A model generated the notes under the pieces. It worked only from the letters and a program-made list of their open reading frames with translations, ran no database searches and was not told the origin of the DNA. From IMG/VR virus record IMGVR_UViG_3300027777_000023, positions 96,001-160,000 of that record: 64,000 bases of DNA; one strand, 5' to 3'. The position numbers and the translations under genes are program-made. This DNA is from a virus. This document shows positions 34,124 through 43,551 of this stretch, piece after piece (within the stretch, counting starts at the first letter, position 1; each line of letters starts with the position of its first letter).

Positions 34124-34942
34124 ATGACGAAAGCTAAAACACCCAAAAAGCCGGACACTAGCCCTAAAGTATATCAGCGCGAAAAGATCGACTTTGATCT
34201 ACATATTAGAAATCTTCCTTGGACACCCAAGCAAGAAGCTTTGTTTGAGCTAGGCGTACGCAAAGACGCTAGGATTATTTTCCTCTCAGGACCTGCAGGA
34301 AGCTCAAAAACAACATGTGCAATGCGCATAGCTTTGCAGCTCCTAAACGAAAAGAAAGTGTCAGACATTGTGTGCGTTAGAGCTGCAGTAGAAAGTAGCG
34401 ACGCCAAGCTAGGCTATCTTCCTGGAGACATCACAGACAAGTATGGTCCTTACATGGGTCCGTTTGAGGATAAACTAGAAGAACTTCTTCCTGAAGCTGA
34501 AGTCAAAAAGCTAAAGGCCGACAACAGGATTGACTACAAACCTATTAACTTTGTACGTGGTGCAAGCTGGACTGCCCGATGCGTGATCCTAGACGAATGT
34601 CAAAACCTTACAATCAATGAACTGCAAACACTCATGACTCGTATAGGTAAGTTTACAAAAATGATTATCTGTGCAGATAGTAAACAGTCAGATTTGCCAA
34701 AGAGCAAACAAGGAGCTTTTGATCGGTGCAGTAAGATGTTTGATACTGATGAAGCCAGGGCTTTTGGTATTTACAGTCTACACTTTACTAACGAAGACAT
34801 TGTTCGTAGTGAGCTGTGTCGATTTATTGTAGAGGCGTTTGAGACTAATCATTACCTGCTACACCCAGAGCAGCAGAAGCCTGCTCCCGTGCCCGAATCT
34901 ATACCAATGATGACGGTTCCTTGGAGACCTGGAGAAGCCTAG
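34124..34942 (+). CDS. phoH: PhoH-family ATPase
   Basis: GPAGSSKT; RAAVES...LGYLPGD; RGASW; ILDECQN; DSKQSDL; IVRSELC. Confidence 0.92.
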   Translation: MTKAKTPKKPDTSPKVYQREKIDFDLHIRNLPWTPKQEALFELGVRKDARIIFLSGPAGSSKTTCAMRIALQLLNEKKVSDIVCVRAAVESSDAKLGYLPGDITDKYGPYMGPFEDKLEELLPEAEVKKLKADNRIDYKPINFVRGASWTARCVILDECQNLTINELQTLMTRIGKFTKMIICADSKQSDLPKSKQGAFDRCSKMFDTDEARAFGIYSLHFTNEDIVRSELCRFIVEAFETNHYLLHPEQQKPAPVPESIPMMTVPWRPGEA

Positions 34943-34943
34943 T

Positions 34944-35498
34944 ATGAAATGCAAGGTATTGTCTATATACTCTGCAATTTTATTGGTGCTTGCTGAGAAA
35001 GTTTTGGCTGGCGACAATAAAGAATCTCAGCTGATTCGAAGAGCCTATCTAGATATACTAGGTGTTCTTCCCACAGCTGAAGAGCTCGCCTGGTATTGCG
35101 AGTACAATACAGACGGATACAGAGTAGCTGTAGACTGGCTGGTAAAGAGATCCTCAGCAGACAATAAGACAAGAAGGTTTTTGCTATCTGCTGAGTACAG
35201 AAACAAGCCACTAGAAGATATCAAAATAGCAGACCTAGAGAAGAACATATTCTATCTCTCTGGGCTTGAGTATCGCGAAGGTGCAATTGAATTAAAGCAG
35301 GCTAAGCAGAAGTTTATAGAGCTAGCTAAAAAGGAAGCAGATGCTGACCTGGATATTATAGACTATATGTGTAACCAGCTAATGAGTAGGGTTACTGGTG
35401 TAGACGAGGCTAATATGCTGCTAGGAGTACTAAGAAAGAATGGCTGGGACGACACCCTAGAGGCCATCCTAGACCTCTATGACGTTAAACATAAGTAA
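34944..35498 (+). CDS. Secreted protein with DUF1549-like (PSD1) motif
   Basis: Signal peptide then SQLIRRAYLDILGVLPTAEEL, matching LIRRAYFDLIGIPPT of the 16956 gene. Confidence 0.65.
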   Translation: MKCKVLSIYSAILLVLAEKVLAGDNKESQLIRRAYLDILGVLPTAEELAWYCEYNTDGYRVAVDWLVKRSSADNKTRRFLLSAEYRNKPLEDIKIADLEKNIFYLSGLEYREGAIELKQAKQKFIELAKKEADADLDIIDYMCNQLMSRVTGVDEANMLLGVLRKNGWDDTLEAILDLYDVKHK

Positions 35499-35502
35499 TG
35501 AC

Positions 35503-36486
35503 TTAGTTGGTAATTATTGAATTATTGGATCCGGTGCGTTTACCTCGTGCAGGCTTTTGAGCCCCTTGCTCAACTTGTTCAGCAGTCTCCTGTTCAACCT
35601 CAGCCACCTCAACAGACTTAACTGGTTCTTCCGCAATCTCAATCTTTTCTTCCGAGGGTGCCGCTGGCAACTGCTCTCTAGGAGCTTCAACACGCTCGAG
35701 AATATCTTTTATATAGCCGATGTCATTTGACCTTTTCTTGTCTGCCTGAATCTCTAGTAACCTATTTAAGGCGAGTATCAGTGTAACTGCCAGCGGGTCA
35801 AATACAGCAATAAGCGCAAATATAAAATACTGCACAGCCGTGTCCAGATCTGTGTGCAGTGCATTAGCAATAAACTTAAACGAACCTATATCTGTTGACT
35901 TATTGGTTTCCATTTTTAATGAGAGCAGCTCCTCGTCAAGAACAGACAATAATTCTTTTGCTTGTTTGATCTCTGTTTCTTTTCTAGCCAGCTCTTCGTT
36001 AGCCTCAGCGATTGCTTTATAGGCTTGATCTCTTGGGGCCTTATAGTTGCCCGAGTCTTTAATTCGCTGCTCCTGGGCTGTACGAATCTCGTTAAGCGAT
36101 TTAATTCTGTTTGTGTCCAACTCTATCGTTTCCAAGGCAGACTTTCTGTTGTTTTGATTTAGCTCTATCTTAGCGTCGATAGAGCCCATGATTCCTGCGT
36201 GTCGCTGATACGCATTACTAAGAAACCCAAAGATTCCTAGACTGGTAATGCCCATGAGGATCACTACAGCAGTGCATAGATATAACCTTAGTAATCTACT
36301 GATGCTTTTCCAGTGGTTGTGTAGAAAAGAAGCGGCTACGAGTTTTCCTAGCTCCAGTGAGCTTGCCATGATTCCCACAGCGATGGTGCTTCCAGAAAAC
36401 AGTACAGTGAGTCCTTTAATGCTGAAAAAGGCAGAGCAGCCAGCCACAAACAGTGCGGTAAATGTGGTAAGTACTATGAAGAACAT
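35503..36486 (-). CDS. Multi-TM coiled-coil membrane protein
   Basis: Three N-terminal TMs, coiled coil, further TM IFALIAVFDPLAVTLILA. Confidence 0.8.
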   Translation of the reverse strand: MFFIVLTTFTALFVAGCSAFFSIKGLTVLFSGSTIAVGIMASSLELGKLVAASFLHNHWKSISRLLRLYLCTAVVILMGITSLGIFGFLSNAYQRHAGIMGSIDAKIELNQNNRKSALETIELDTNRIKSLNEIRTAQEQRIKDSGNYKAPRDQAYKAIAEANEELARKETEIKQAKELLSVLDEELLSLKMETNKSTDIGSFKFIANALHTDLDTAVQYFIFALIAVFDPLAVTLILALNRLLEIQADKKRSNDIGYIKDILERVEAPREQLPAAPSEEKIEIAEEPVKSVEVAEVEQETAEQVEQGAQKPARGKRTGSNNSIITN

Positions 36487-36505
36487 ATGTTCTAATTATA
36501 GTTGA

Positions 36506-36550
36506 TAGCTAAAAAGAAACCAGCCCATAATCACAAGGACTATGGGCTGG
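36506..36550 (-). terminator. Intrinsic terminator ending TTTTTAGCTA (minus strand)
   Basis: CCAGCCCATA/TATGGGCTGG stem. Confidence 0.8.
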
Positions 36551-36572
36551 TACAACTCACAATTATCTAAAA

Positions 36573-37082
36573 TTATACGGCGGCCGGATCGATGAACTCT
36601 ACGATCAACGCGCTCACAGGTACTGGACCATTATCGCAAGAGTAGTTAAGTCTGTAATTTCCTGTTACTTCTTGGCCAGCGATAATTAATCGTGGTTTGA
36701 TGGTTGCACTGCCAGGAACAAACGCTACGTTGCTTGCAAGCTTGAGTGCAGGGGGGGCTGCAGATTCGATATCCTTGACCAGGCGACTAACGGCGTCAGC
36801 GTATTTTCTAGAGGTTGGGCAGCTTTTGCGGGACTGCACACATTTCTCTGCTTTATCCGAATACTCGTCCGCGTGTTCGTTATACCAGAAAGCAAATGCC
36901 AGCTGATCTTCGACATCTTGATTATTGATGCACACCTTTTGGTTCATGCATTGTTTTGCTGTGTTGACCTGTTCATCTGCAGCATCAGCAAGCCACTGTT
37001 TTGCTTCTTCAACAGTCATATTGATTTCAGCTAAAGCTTTGGCTAGACGTTGTTTATTTTTGAGTTGGATATATTTGCTCAT
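36573..37082 (-). CDS. Hypothetical protein (169 aa)
   Basis: ATG ORF with upstream TTGCAG-N16-TAATCT and its own terminator. Confidence 0.75.
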   Translation of the reverse strand: MSKYIQLKNKQRLAKALAEINMTVEEAKQWLADAADEQVNTAKQCMNQKVCINNQDVEDQLAFAFWYNEHADEYSDKAEKCVQSRKSCPTSRKYADAVSRLVKDIESAAPPALKLASNVAFVPGSATIKPRLIIAGQEVTGNYRLNYSCDNGPVPVSALIVEFIDPAAV

Positions 37083-37170
37083 AGTTTGTTGTTGGTTGTT
37101 TAATCAGATTACCAATTATTTTAACCTCTGCAAGCACTTTTTAACACTCTGCGATATTTTGTTTGTTTTT

Positions 37171-37186
37171 TGGTATAATATATTGA
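37171..37186 (+). promoter_or_regulatory. Extended -10 promoter TGGTATAATATATTGA
   Basis: Identical to 4665 and 33579; divergent from the 36573-37082 gene. Confidence 0.75.
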
Positions 37187-37238
37187 TGAGCAACAACTAC
37201 CTGTTGAACATCTTTTAACCCTAGCAGAAAAACCAAAA

Positions 37239-37400
37239 ATGCGTACAATCGGAACACCGAAACCAAAAATCAACCTAGACACCTATGAGGCGAATCGTAG
37301 AATACCTAGCGCCAGAGATTTAGAGTTGCTATTTATGAAGGTAGACAGGTCGCGCCCAGCGATCACAGTGAAAAGAAAGCAGGAGGAGGTAAAGAAATGA
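37239..37400 (+). CDS. Small basic hypothetical protein (53 aa; not in ORF track)
   Basis: MRTIGTPKPKINLDTYEANRRIPSARDLELLFMKVDRSRPAITVKRKQEEVKK*; ATGA overlap with the next gene. Confidence 0.6.
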   Translation: MRTIGTPKPKINLDTYEANRRIPSARDLELLFMKVDRSRPAITVKRKQEEVKK

Positions 37401-37900
37401 GAATCCCGCTGAACAAAAAAAAGAAGGCTCAGATCCTTACAGAGTTCGAGCTCTGTAAGGAAACCAGCGTTCCTGGTTGGCAGCCGGATGAAGGTATAAT
37501 GCCGTACCTGAACAGAGTGAATACCAAGCCAAGATTGTGCACACTCATTAGTAGGTTTGCCCCTGCCGATGAGTGTCATTGTGGCTGCGTAAATACAAGC
37601 TATCTCTCGGTGGCTTGCGGTAAAAAGGCTTATGACAAGCTTCAGCAGCTTGTCCCCCTAGGAAGATGGGATAAGATGGTGTACGATGGCGATGATCCGC
37701 TGTATCAATACTACACGGTCTTTGGACTTGGTGGTGAGCCTGAGCAGTCCACAGGTGCCCCCAAGACCGGATTACAAATCATCGACGATGTAGAGACATA
37801 TACGTCGGTGGATAGAGTGTGGTTTTGGTGCCTTTCTCAGGATATGGCGATACACCGCACTTGGTGGGAAGAACTTACCGAGATGCTTGAAAACCTATGA
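37397..37900 (+). CDS. Hypothetical protein (167 aa)
   Basis: GGAGGAGG upstream; ATGA-coupled to neighbours. Confidence 0.75.
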   Translation: MRIPLNKKKKAQILTEFELCKETSVPGWQPDEGIMPYLNRVNTKPRLCTLISRFAPADECHCGCVNTSYLSVACGKKAYDKLQQLVPLGRWDKMVYDGDDPLYQYYTVFGLGGEPEQSTGAPKTGLQIIDDVETYTSVDRVWFWCLSQDMAIHRTWWEELTEMLENL

Positions 37901-38226
37901 AGATGGGCTATATCTTAGGGGAAGGACCGCCAGGCACAGAAGCTACAAAACATATCTTAGCCATGCAGTATGATTCCCTTGTGGGAGGGACGCTTGGCGG
38001 CTATGAGGATATGTATGACCTCTTGAGTGCAATGATCAGCGGTGAGCACCCGCTTGCTGATATGCTCAAAGAGTACAAAGTTGATGTCTTCGTCTTGCCT
38101 GAATACCATGAAGATTTGGTAGGTAGGCTGCTGCTCAGGAATGAGCCTTCCGATATTGCAGTATATGTCGTGGAGGAAGATGATGACGTAAAGCTGTGGG
38201 GTTATTATCACTCCACGGATAACTAA
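37897..38226 (+). CDS. Acidic hypothetical protein (109 aa)
   Basis: ATGA overlap; followed by a terminator. Confidence 0.7.
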   Translation: MKMGYILGEGPPGTEATKHILAMQYDSLVGGTLGGYEDMYDLLSAMISGEHPLADMLKEYKVDVFVLPEYHEDLVGRLLLRNEPSDIAVYVVEEDDDVKLWGYYHSTDN

Positions 38227-38233
38227 AACAAAC

Positions 38234-38281
38234 GAGCCCCACCTTTATTATAGGGTGGGGCTCAGAGTTCTTTTTTAGCTA
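38234..38281 (+). terminator. Terminator between convergent genes, ending TTTTTTAGCTA
   Basis: GAGCCCCACC/GGTGGGGCTC stem. Confidence 0.8.
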
Positions 38282-38288
38282 TCAGCCG

Positions 38289-39938
38289 CTACGCCTGACA
38301 ACTAGAGCAGTTCATTATATTCCTGGCAAGCTCTTGCGCAGGGTTAGCACTACGTTGATAATACAATGACTTTACACCCTGCTCCCATGCAAACACCATA
38401 AGCTCATTAACGTCTTTAGGTTTGGTGTTAGGAGGAATCATGATGTTGAGGCTCTGACTCTGGTCAATATACTTTTGTCGTTGAGCGGCCTGAATAACAA
38501 TTTCTTTCTGACTAATCTCTCCAAAGGTCTTGAATACATCTTTCTCTTCTTGCGATAGAAAGTCTAGGTGCTGCACGCTGCCACCCTTAACAAGAATGCT
38601 CTTCCAAGTATCCGCGTCGTCTTTACCTTTAGCTTTCAATAATTCTTTAAGATGATCGTTCTTGTACGTAAATTTGCCTTTAGCGAGATCCTTAACATAA
38701 TAGCAACTGTTATGTGGCTCAATGCTTGGGGACACCTGACCAAGAATAAACGAACTGCTGGTAGTAGGCGCTACAGCAAGTGTAGTGCTATTGCGGCGTC
38801 CATAACCCTTTAGTAGTTCAGGCTCTCCAAACAGCCCTGCAAGCTCACTAGTAGCCATGTCTGCACGTCCTCGGATAGCTTGCCAGATCTCAACATTGAG
38901 GAACTTAGCTTCCATGCTCTCGAATGAGATCATCTTGGACTGAAGTAAAGAATGCCAGCCGAGCACACCCACACCTAATGCTCGTTGATTCATTGCGAAC
39001 TTACGAGGAGCATCCATATACTTCATGCTCTCAGCCTTGTTGATAAACTCAGTCATTACAGCATCGAGGAAGAACACAAGAGTTTCAACAGCGTCAGTGT
39101 CTTTCCACTCGTCCCACTTCTCGAGATTTAAAGAAGATAGATTACATACGAACGATTCATCTTCATTGTTTGAGAGTAAAATTTCACTGCAGAGGTTGCT
39201 ATGTAAGATCTTCATGCCCTTATCTTTATACACTTGAGGAGCGTTGTTGTTCACAGTATCGCTGAACACAACGTATGGGTAGCCACTTTCAAAACGCTTT
39301 TTGATGATGTCTCCCCAGATCTTGCGTTTAGGTTTATCTCCACCAAGCATGCTCTTGAACCATTCATCAGATACGGTTACACCGATAGACAAATCTTGGA
39401 TAGAGTTGCCTTCTGATTTGATTTTAAGGAACTCTTCAATGTCCGGATGCTCGACAGGTAGATAGGCTGCAAAACTACCTCTGCGCACGTTACCCTGGCT
39501 TACCACGCTCATAAGAGTATCAAACAACTCCATGAAATGTACAGGCCCAGTACTTTCACCACCTGCGCTAATAGCTGCCCCTCTAGCGCGAATATCTCCA
39601 AAGTAAGCAGACGTACCACCACCATGCTTCGTCATAATAGCTACCTCACTAACCTTCTCCATAATACTGTCCATATCGTCTGCTAAATAAGAGCCGAAGC
39701 AGCTGATGGGCAATCCACGATCACGTCCAAAGTTACTCCAGATAGGAGAGCTCAAGGAATAAAATCCTAGAGACATATAGTTCTCAAACTTGTCTGCGAA
39801 CCCTGCAATACCTAACAACTTCTCTGCTGTATCTGCAATCTCCCTGATTCGTCCTTCTGCTGTCTCACCACTCAAAAGATAGCCTCGCTCTAGAAACTTG
39901 CGCGAGTCTTTGTTTAGCCAATAGTATTTTTCAGTCAT
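38289..39938 (-). CDS. nrdA: Ribonucleotide reductase class Ia alpha subunit (compact, no ATP cone)
   Basis: PISCF; GGGTSAYF; RRGSFAAYL; SNLCSEI; VCNLSSLN; AVAPTTSSS; KSLYY; C-terminal CSSC. Confidence 0.95.
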   Translation of the reverse strand: MTEKYYWLNKDSRKFLERGYLLSGETAEGRIREIADTAEKLLGIAGFADKFENYMSLGFYSLSSPIWSNFGRDRGLPISCFGSYLADDMDSIMEKVSEVAIMTKHGGGTSAYFGDIRARGAAISAGGESTGPVHFMELFDTLMSVVSQGNVRRGSFAAYLPVEHPDIEEFLKIKSEGNSIQDLSIGVTVSDEWFKSMLGGDKPKRKIWGDIIKKRFESGYPYVVFSDTVNNNAPQVYKDKGMKILHSNLCSEILLSNNEDESFVCNLSSLNLEKWDEWKDTDAVETLVFFLDAVMTEFINKAESMKYMDAPRKFAMNQRALGVGVLGWHSLLQSKMISFESMEAKFLNVEIWQAIRGRADMATSELAGLFGEPELLKGYGRRNSTTLAVAPTTSSSFILGQVSPSIEPHNSCYYVKDLAKGKFTYKNDHLKELLKAKGKDDADTWKSILVKGGSVQHLDFLSQEEKDVFKTFGEISQKEIVIQAAQRQKYIDQSQSLNIMIPPNTKPKDVNELMVFAWEQGVKSLYYQRSANPAQELARNIMNCSSCQA

Positions 39939-39951
39939 ATTAAAATAGTTA

Positions 39952-40593
39952 TTAAATTTTAGTTGCGTTTAATTTTCGTCTAACCCACGCTTGCTGCATT
40001 TTTTGTTTTGTTTCTTCGGAACGCTTTTGACCTCTCATCTTTTCTAGAGTTTCTCTAGAATGTTTTTTCCCCAGCATTCCTTCTCCGAGATTTTTCTTAG
40101 GGTTGATGATATGTGTGCGTTTTTTTCTAGTTGCGGATAATTTTGCCTTTGCTTCTTCAGACATCGGCTTTCCTGTTTGAGCCTCTCTCATTTTTTGAAT
40201 TGTGTCTTTAGAGTGTTTCTTGCCCTTAAAGCCACCAGGTCTTCCTTTCTGTCCGTCAGCTATACGCTTTCTATGCTCATTTGATAGCGGTACTCCTTTA
40301 TGTGCTTTTGATATTTTTTGTTTAACGTATTCAGAGTGTTTGGTGAATGGGATTTTCACACCAGACATGAATTTATAAGCGCGATAATCACCGAAATGCC
40401 CGTTTATCTTCCACAGTAAATAATGTGCTATGATATGTTCCCTCAATGTTAGATATGTACAATTATCGTTTGTATACTTACCTCCTTGATGCGCAGGTTT
40501 TATCCTGTGTCGAAATAACTTCGCGTTATTTTTCCATTCTGTTATTAAATGGGTTCGTGACGCGACTAATTTATCATAGATTTCTTTATACAT
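39952..40593 (-). mobile_element. Free-standing HNH/NUMOD3 homing endonuclease
   Basis: HRIKPAHQGG..NDNCTYLTLREHIIAH plus about four NUMOD3 repeats (KGKKHSKDT, GKKHSRET); lies between nrdB and nrdA. Confidence 0.85.
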
Positions 40594-40635
40594 ACGCGCA
40601 TGTTCATTATTTCATACCAGGTTTTCTTATATTTC

Positions 40636-41607
40636 TTAAAATAACTCGGATTCATCAAAACACTGCGATTTTTTAGAGTAACCAGTGTCCTTGCTGTGGA
40701 AAAAATCTGTCATATTGTTTCCTAATAGTTCTTCTGAAAACCACAGAGTATTTGAAATTAAATCTTTGTCTATCTCGAAAGGCTTTCTAAAGCCAATCTG
40801 AACCATAGATTCGTTAATTCTATCTTTGATAAATTCTTTTAGAAGAGGTGCATTCAATCCAGGTTCTTGAATACCGTTGACCATCCAGTCAACAATCTTA
40901 CTCTCGGATTCAAACGCCTCTTCTGCTTCTTTAAGGATACGTTCTTCAAGTTCACTGTCAAACAATTCAGGGTATTCTTCACGGATTGTATTAACAATCT
41001 TGATGCCTACAAGAGCATGTATAGCTTCTTCATTGCGTGTGTACTTTACCTGCTGGTCAGTGTCTTTTAGTACGTTCTTAAACCTGGCGAACCAGTTGAT
41101 TACATAGAACTGACTGAATAAGGAGACGTTCTCTACAAACAGGGTAAATAGGATGAGCGCGTATAGGTATTGCTTCTTAGAGTCTTTGTAAAACCTGTGG
41201 GTATACTTGCGCAGATACTTAACACGTCCTTGAATCCATTCGAGCTTTAGGTTTTCTTCAAACACAGACTCAAGACCTAAAACTGATATAAGTCGTTCAT
41301 ACGCAGCATTATGTATGACTTCGACATTAGCCATTACATATCCAAGATCCTGCAATGAAGGATGTGGAAGGTTTTCTCCTAGTTTAGCCCAGAAGGTTTT
41401 TACAGCCACTTCAATCTGTCCAATAGCTGATAATGTTCTTACAACGATCTCGCGTTCTTTGTCTGAGAGGTTTACCTTGAATTGCTGCACATCTGACTTG
41501 AAAGAGAACTCTTTGTCTGTCCAGAAGCCGTTGTGCATTGCTTCGATGAAGGAGTCTGTCCAGGGATATAGGTTTGGTTTGCGGGAAATTTGTTCTTCAA
41601 AAAGCAT
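40636..41607 (-). CDS. nrdB: Ribonucleotide reductase class Ia beta subunit
   Basis: FWTDKE; QIEVAV; EVIHNAAY; ENVSLFSQF; EEAIH; DFFH. Confidence 0.95.
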   Translation of the reverse strand: MLFEEQISRKPNLYPWTDSFIEAMHNGFWTDKEFSFKSDVQQFKVNLSDKEREIVVRTLSAIGQIEVAVKTFWAKLGENLPHPSLQDLGYVMANVEVIHNAAYERLISVLGLESVFEENLKLEWIQGRVKYLRKYTHRFYKDSKKQYLYALILFTLFVENVSLFSQFYVINWFARFKNVLKDTDQQVKYTRNEEAIHALVGIKIVNTIREEYPELFDSELEERILKEAEEAFESESKIVDWMVNGIQEPGLNAPLLKEFIKDRINESMVQIGFRKPFEIDKDLISNTLWFSEELLGNNMTDFFHSKDTGYSKKSQCFDESELF

Positions 41608-41689
41608 AGTGTTTGGGTTGATGGTTGAGTGTTTATCCTAGCAAAAAACACCCATGTGATGACAGCAAATTAAGTTTTTTAAGGACGAT

Positions 41690-42145
41690 TTAAACCTTGC
41701 ATTGCTGGTGAACTCTTACATCCATATTCACTACCAATTGTCTTATAACTATACCCAGATCGCTTGCTTTTATTAGAGAGGAATTATCACGAAGATACAC
41801 ATCACCGTAAATTATTTCTTTTACTCCATGCTGTGCAATTAGCTCTAGGCACTTCGAGCACGGCAGTAAAGTCACATAAAGGTAGTATGCGTCTCCAGGT
41901 GTTGCATATTTGAGACAGTTCTCTTCTGCGTGTATTACAAAAGGTCTTCTAGCGTCTCTATCTGTCCAGTCTATCTCAACACCAGCAGGGGCGCCATTAT
42001 AGCCTGTACTCGCCACAGAACGATCTTTTCTGAGTGCAGCTGCGCCTACAGCTACAAAGGGGTCTGGAGAGCGTGTGGCAGCTGTGTGAGCCAACAGCAT
42101 ACCATAAGTGTCCCAATCGGGACGGATTCTTTCTGTAGAATTCAT
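41690..42145 (-). CDS. dCMP deaminase
   Basis: STGYNG; HAEEN; PCSKC. Confidence 0.92.
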   Translation of the reverse strand: MNSTERIRPDWDTYGMLLAHTAATRSPDPFVAVGAAALRKDRSVASTGYNGAPAGVEIDWTDRDARRPFVIHAEENCLKYATPGDAYYLYVTLLPCSKCLELIAQHGVKEIIYGDVYLRDNSSLIKASDLGIVIRQLVVNMDVRVHQQCKV

Positions 42146-42150
42146 TCGTG

Positions 42151-42339
42151 CTAGGTTAGCACGTTATACGCCGCACGACAAAGATTCTTTAGCATGTGTT
42201 CAACTTCTTCGTCACCGATCTTTTCAAAATTACGAAAAGTAGTTTTTTCTCCATCGAAGTCTGATGTAAGTACACATACCCCATCATAAACAATAGTTAT
42301 TTGATCTGTGTCAGTATTATAGTCAAACTCGAATGTCAT
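42151..42339 (-). CDS. Small acidic hypothetical protein
   Basis: ATG ORF of 62 aa abutting the deaminase gene. Confidence 0.6.
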   Translation of the reverse strand: MTFEFDYNTDTDQITIVYDGVCVLTSDFDGEKTTFRNFEKIGDEEVEHMLKNLCRAAYNVLT

Positions 42340-42348
42340 CTCTTAATG

Positions 42349-42377
42349 TTGTATTTCTACCAATTCTTCATTAATAT
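42349..42377 (+). promoter_or_regulatory. Sigma70-type promoter (TTGTAT-N17-TAATAT), leaderless to RNAP beta-middle gene
   Basis: ATG at 42385 lies 7 nt after the -10 box. Confidence 0.6.
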
Positions 42378-42384
42378 AGCTGAT

Positions 42385-43077
42385 ATGAGCCTAAGTAAAC
42401 AAGAAAAAATAACTAAATTAAAAGAATATTTGCGAAACATGAAGTTGGACGCAGGTGTGATGGGTAGAACTATGGGCACGCAAAGTTCGTTTGTTACTCC
42501 GCAAATCATGCTGGATGCCTCTAAAAAATTGCTTAATGTGTTCAGCCGCAAAGAGGCTCCAGATGATCGGGATAATGTGGTGTTTTCTAAATTTCTTGGA
42601 CCTGAGGATTATCTTAAAGAACATATCGAACACGACGCAGGTAAGGTACAATTCAAAGCTAAAAGTAAACTAAGGCAGAAACGTAATCTTAGCTGGTTGC
42701 ATGCCGGGTTCTTTACACCTCAAGTTAAAAGTGTGTTTGTTGGTAATAGCCTTGCCCAAAACATCGAAGGCGTTAATCCTATGGAGCAGTATATGCTGGC
42801 CCATAAAGTAACGAAAATGGGTATGGGAGGGATTGGAAGCACCGAAGCTATCCCAGACAGTTCTCGAGAAGTTAACGAGAGTCAGTTTGGTTTGCTGGAT
42901 CCTATCCAAACAGTAGAGGCGACTACTATCGGTGTGGTGAACTTCTTTGTGCACAATATCCGTAAAGGTGCTGACGGTAAACTGTATAGGGAGGTAATTG
43001 ACAACAGTACAGGGAAGCACGTATGGATCGACCATCAAGAGTTTTTAAGCTCTACGATTGACGTACCTGAGCACTAA
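42385..43077 (+). CDS. rpoB: RNA polymerase beta subunit, middle fragment (fork/rifampicin region)
   Basis: NPMEQYMLAHKVTKMGMGGIG and SSREVNESQFGLLDPIQTVEATTIGVVNFF correspond to bacterial NPLSEITHKRRISALGPGG and [30 protein letters not shown]. Confidence 0.85.
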   Translation: MSLSKQEKITKLKEYLRNMKLDAGVMGRTMGTQSSFVTPQIMLDASKKLLNVFSRKEAPDDRDNVVFSKFLGPEDYLKEHIEHDAGKVQFKAKSKLRQKRNLSWLHAGFFTPQVKSVFVGNSLAQNIEGVNPMEQYMLAHKVTKMGMGGIGSTEAIPDSSREVNESQFGLLDPIQTVEATTIGVVNFFVHNIRKGADGKLYREVIDNSTGKHVWIDHQEFLSSTIDVPEH

Positions 43078-43547
43078 CGTTGAATTGATGGGTCTAATAA
43101 ACCCTGCACCCAAATGCGTTCTGATTCTTCAGCACCAGGTACACGGTTTTCGTAATATAATATACAGTAAACTTTTCTTGTTCCATTATTAGTTACCGTA
43201 AAACCTCCATCATATTTTTCTAGAGCAAATAGCCCGTTGGATGTAACGTACTGTAAGCCTATTTTAAAGACTACTCCGTATGAACAATCGGGTATATCAA
43301 TATTAAATTTTTCCTTAAAAGTGCAGGCGTCCATAGAATAATTGCCGCGCGGCACGCCACCAAAAATTGTAATATTGTCCCTCGCGGGAACATCTTCCGC
43401 CAAAGCTGCTGCTGTCAGATAACTTTCGGTACTTGGATCATAGGTCTGTAATAGAAACGTGTATACCTCCTCTTCTTCAAGGTGACCATAAATCGTGCTG
43501 ATATCTATAGATATAGATCCACCGCAGTCGCCAAATAGTACAATCAT
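43074..43547 (-). CDS. Hypothetical protein (157 aa)
   Basis: ATG ORF coupled to the upstream large gene. Confidence 0.7.
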   Translation of the reverse strand: MIVLFGDCGGSISIDISTIYGHLEEEEVYTFLLQTYDPSTESYLTAAALAEDVPARDNITIFGGVPRGNYSMDACTFKEKFNIDIPDCSYGVVFKIGLQYVTSNGLFALEKYDGGFTVTNNGTRKVYCILYYENRVPGAEESERIWVQGLLDPSIQR

Positions 43548-43551
43548 AAAA

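Noticed and set aside
37186-37218. Leaderless 10-aa uORF MSNNYLLNIF
   Set aside because: The ATG arises from the conserved promoter tail (TTGA+TG); too short to support from sequence alone.
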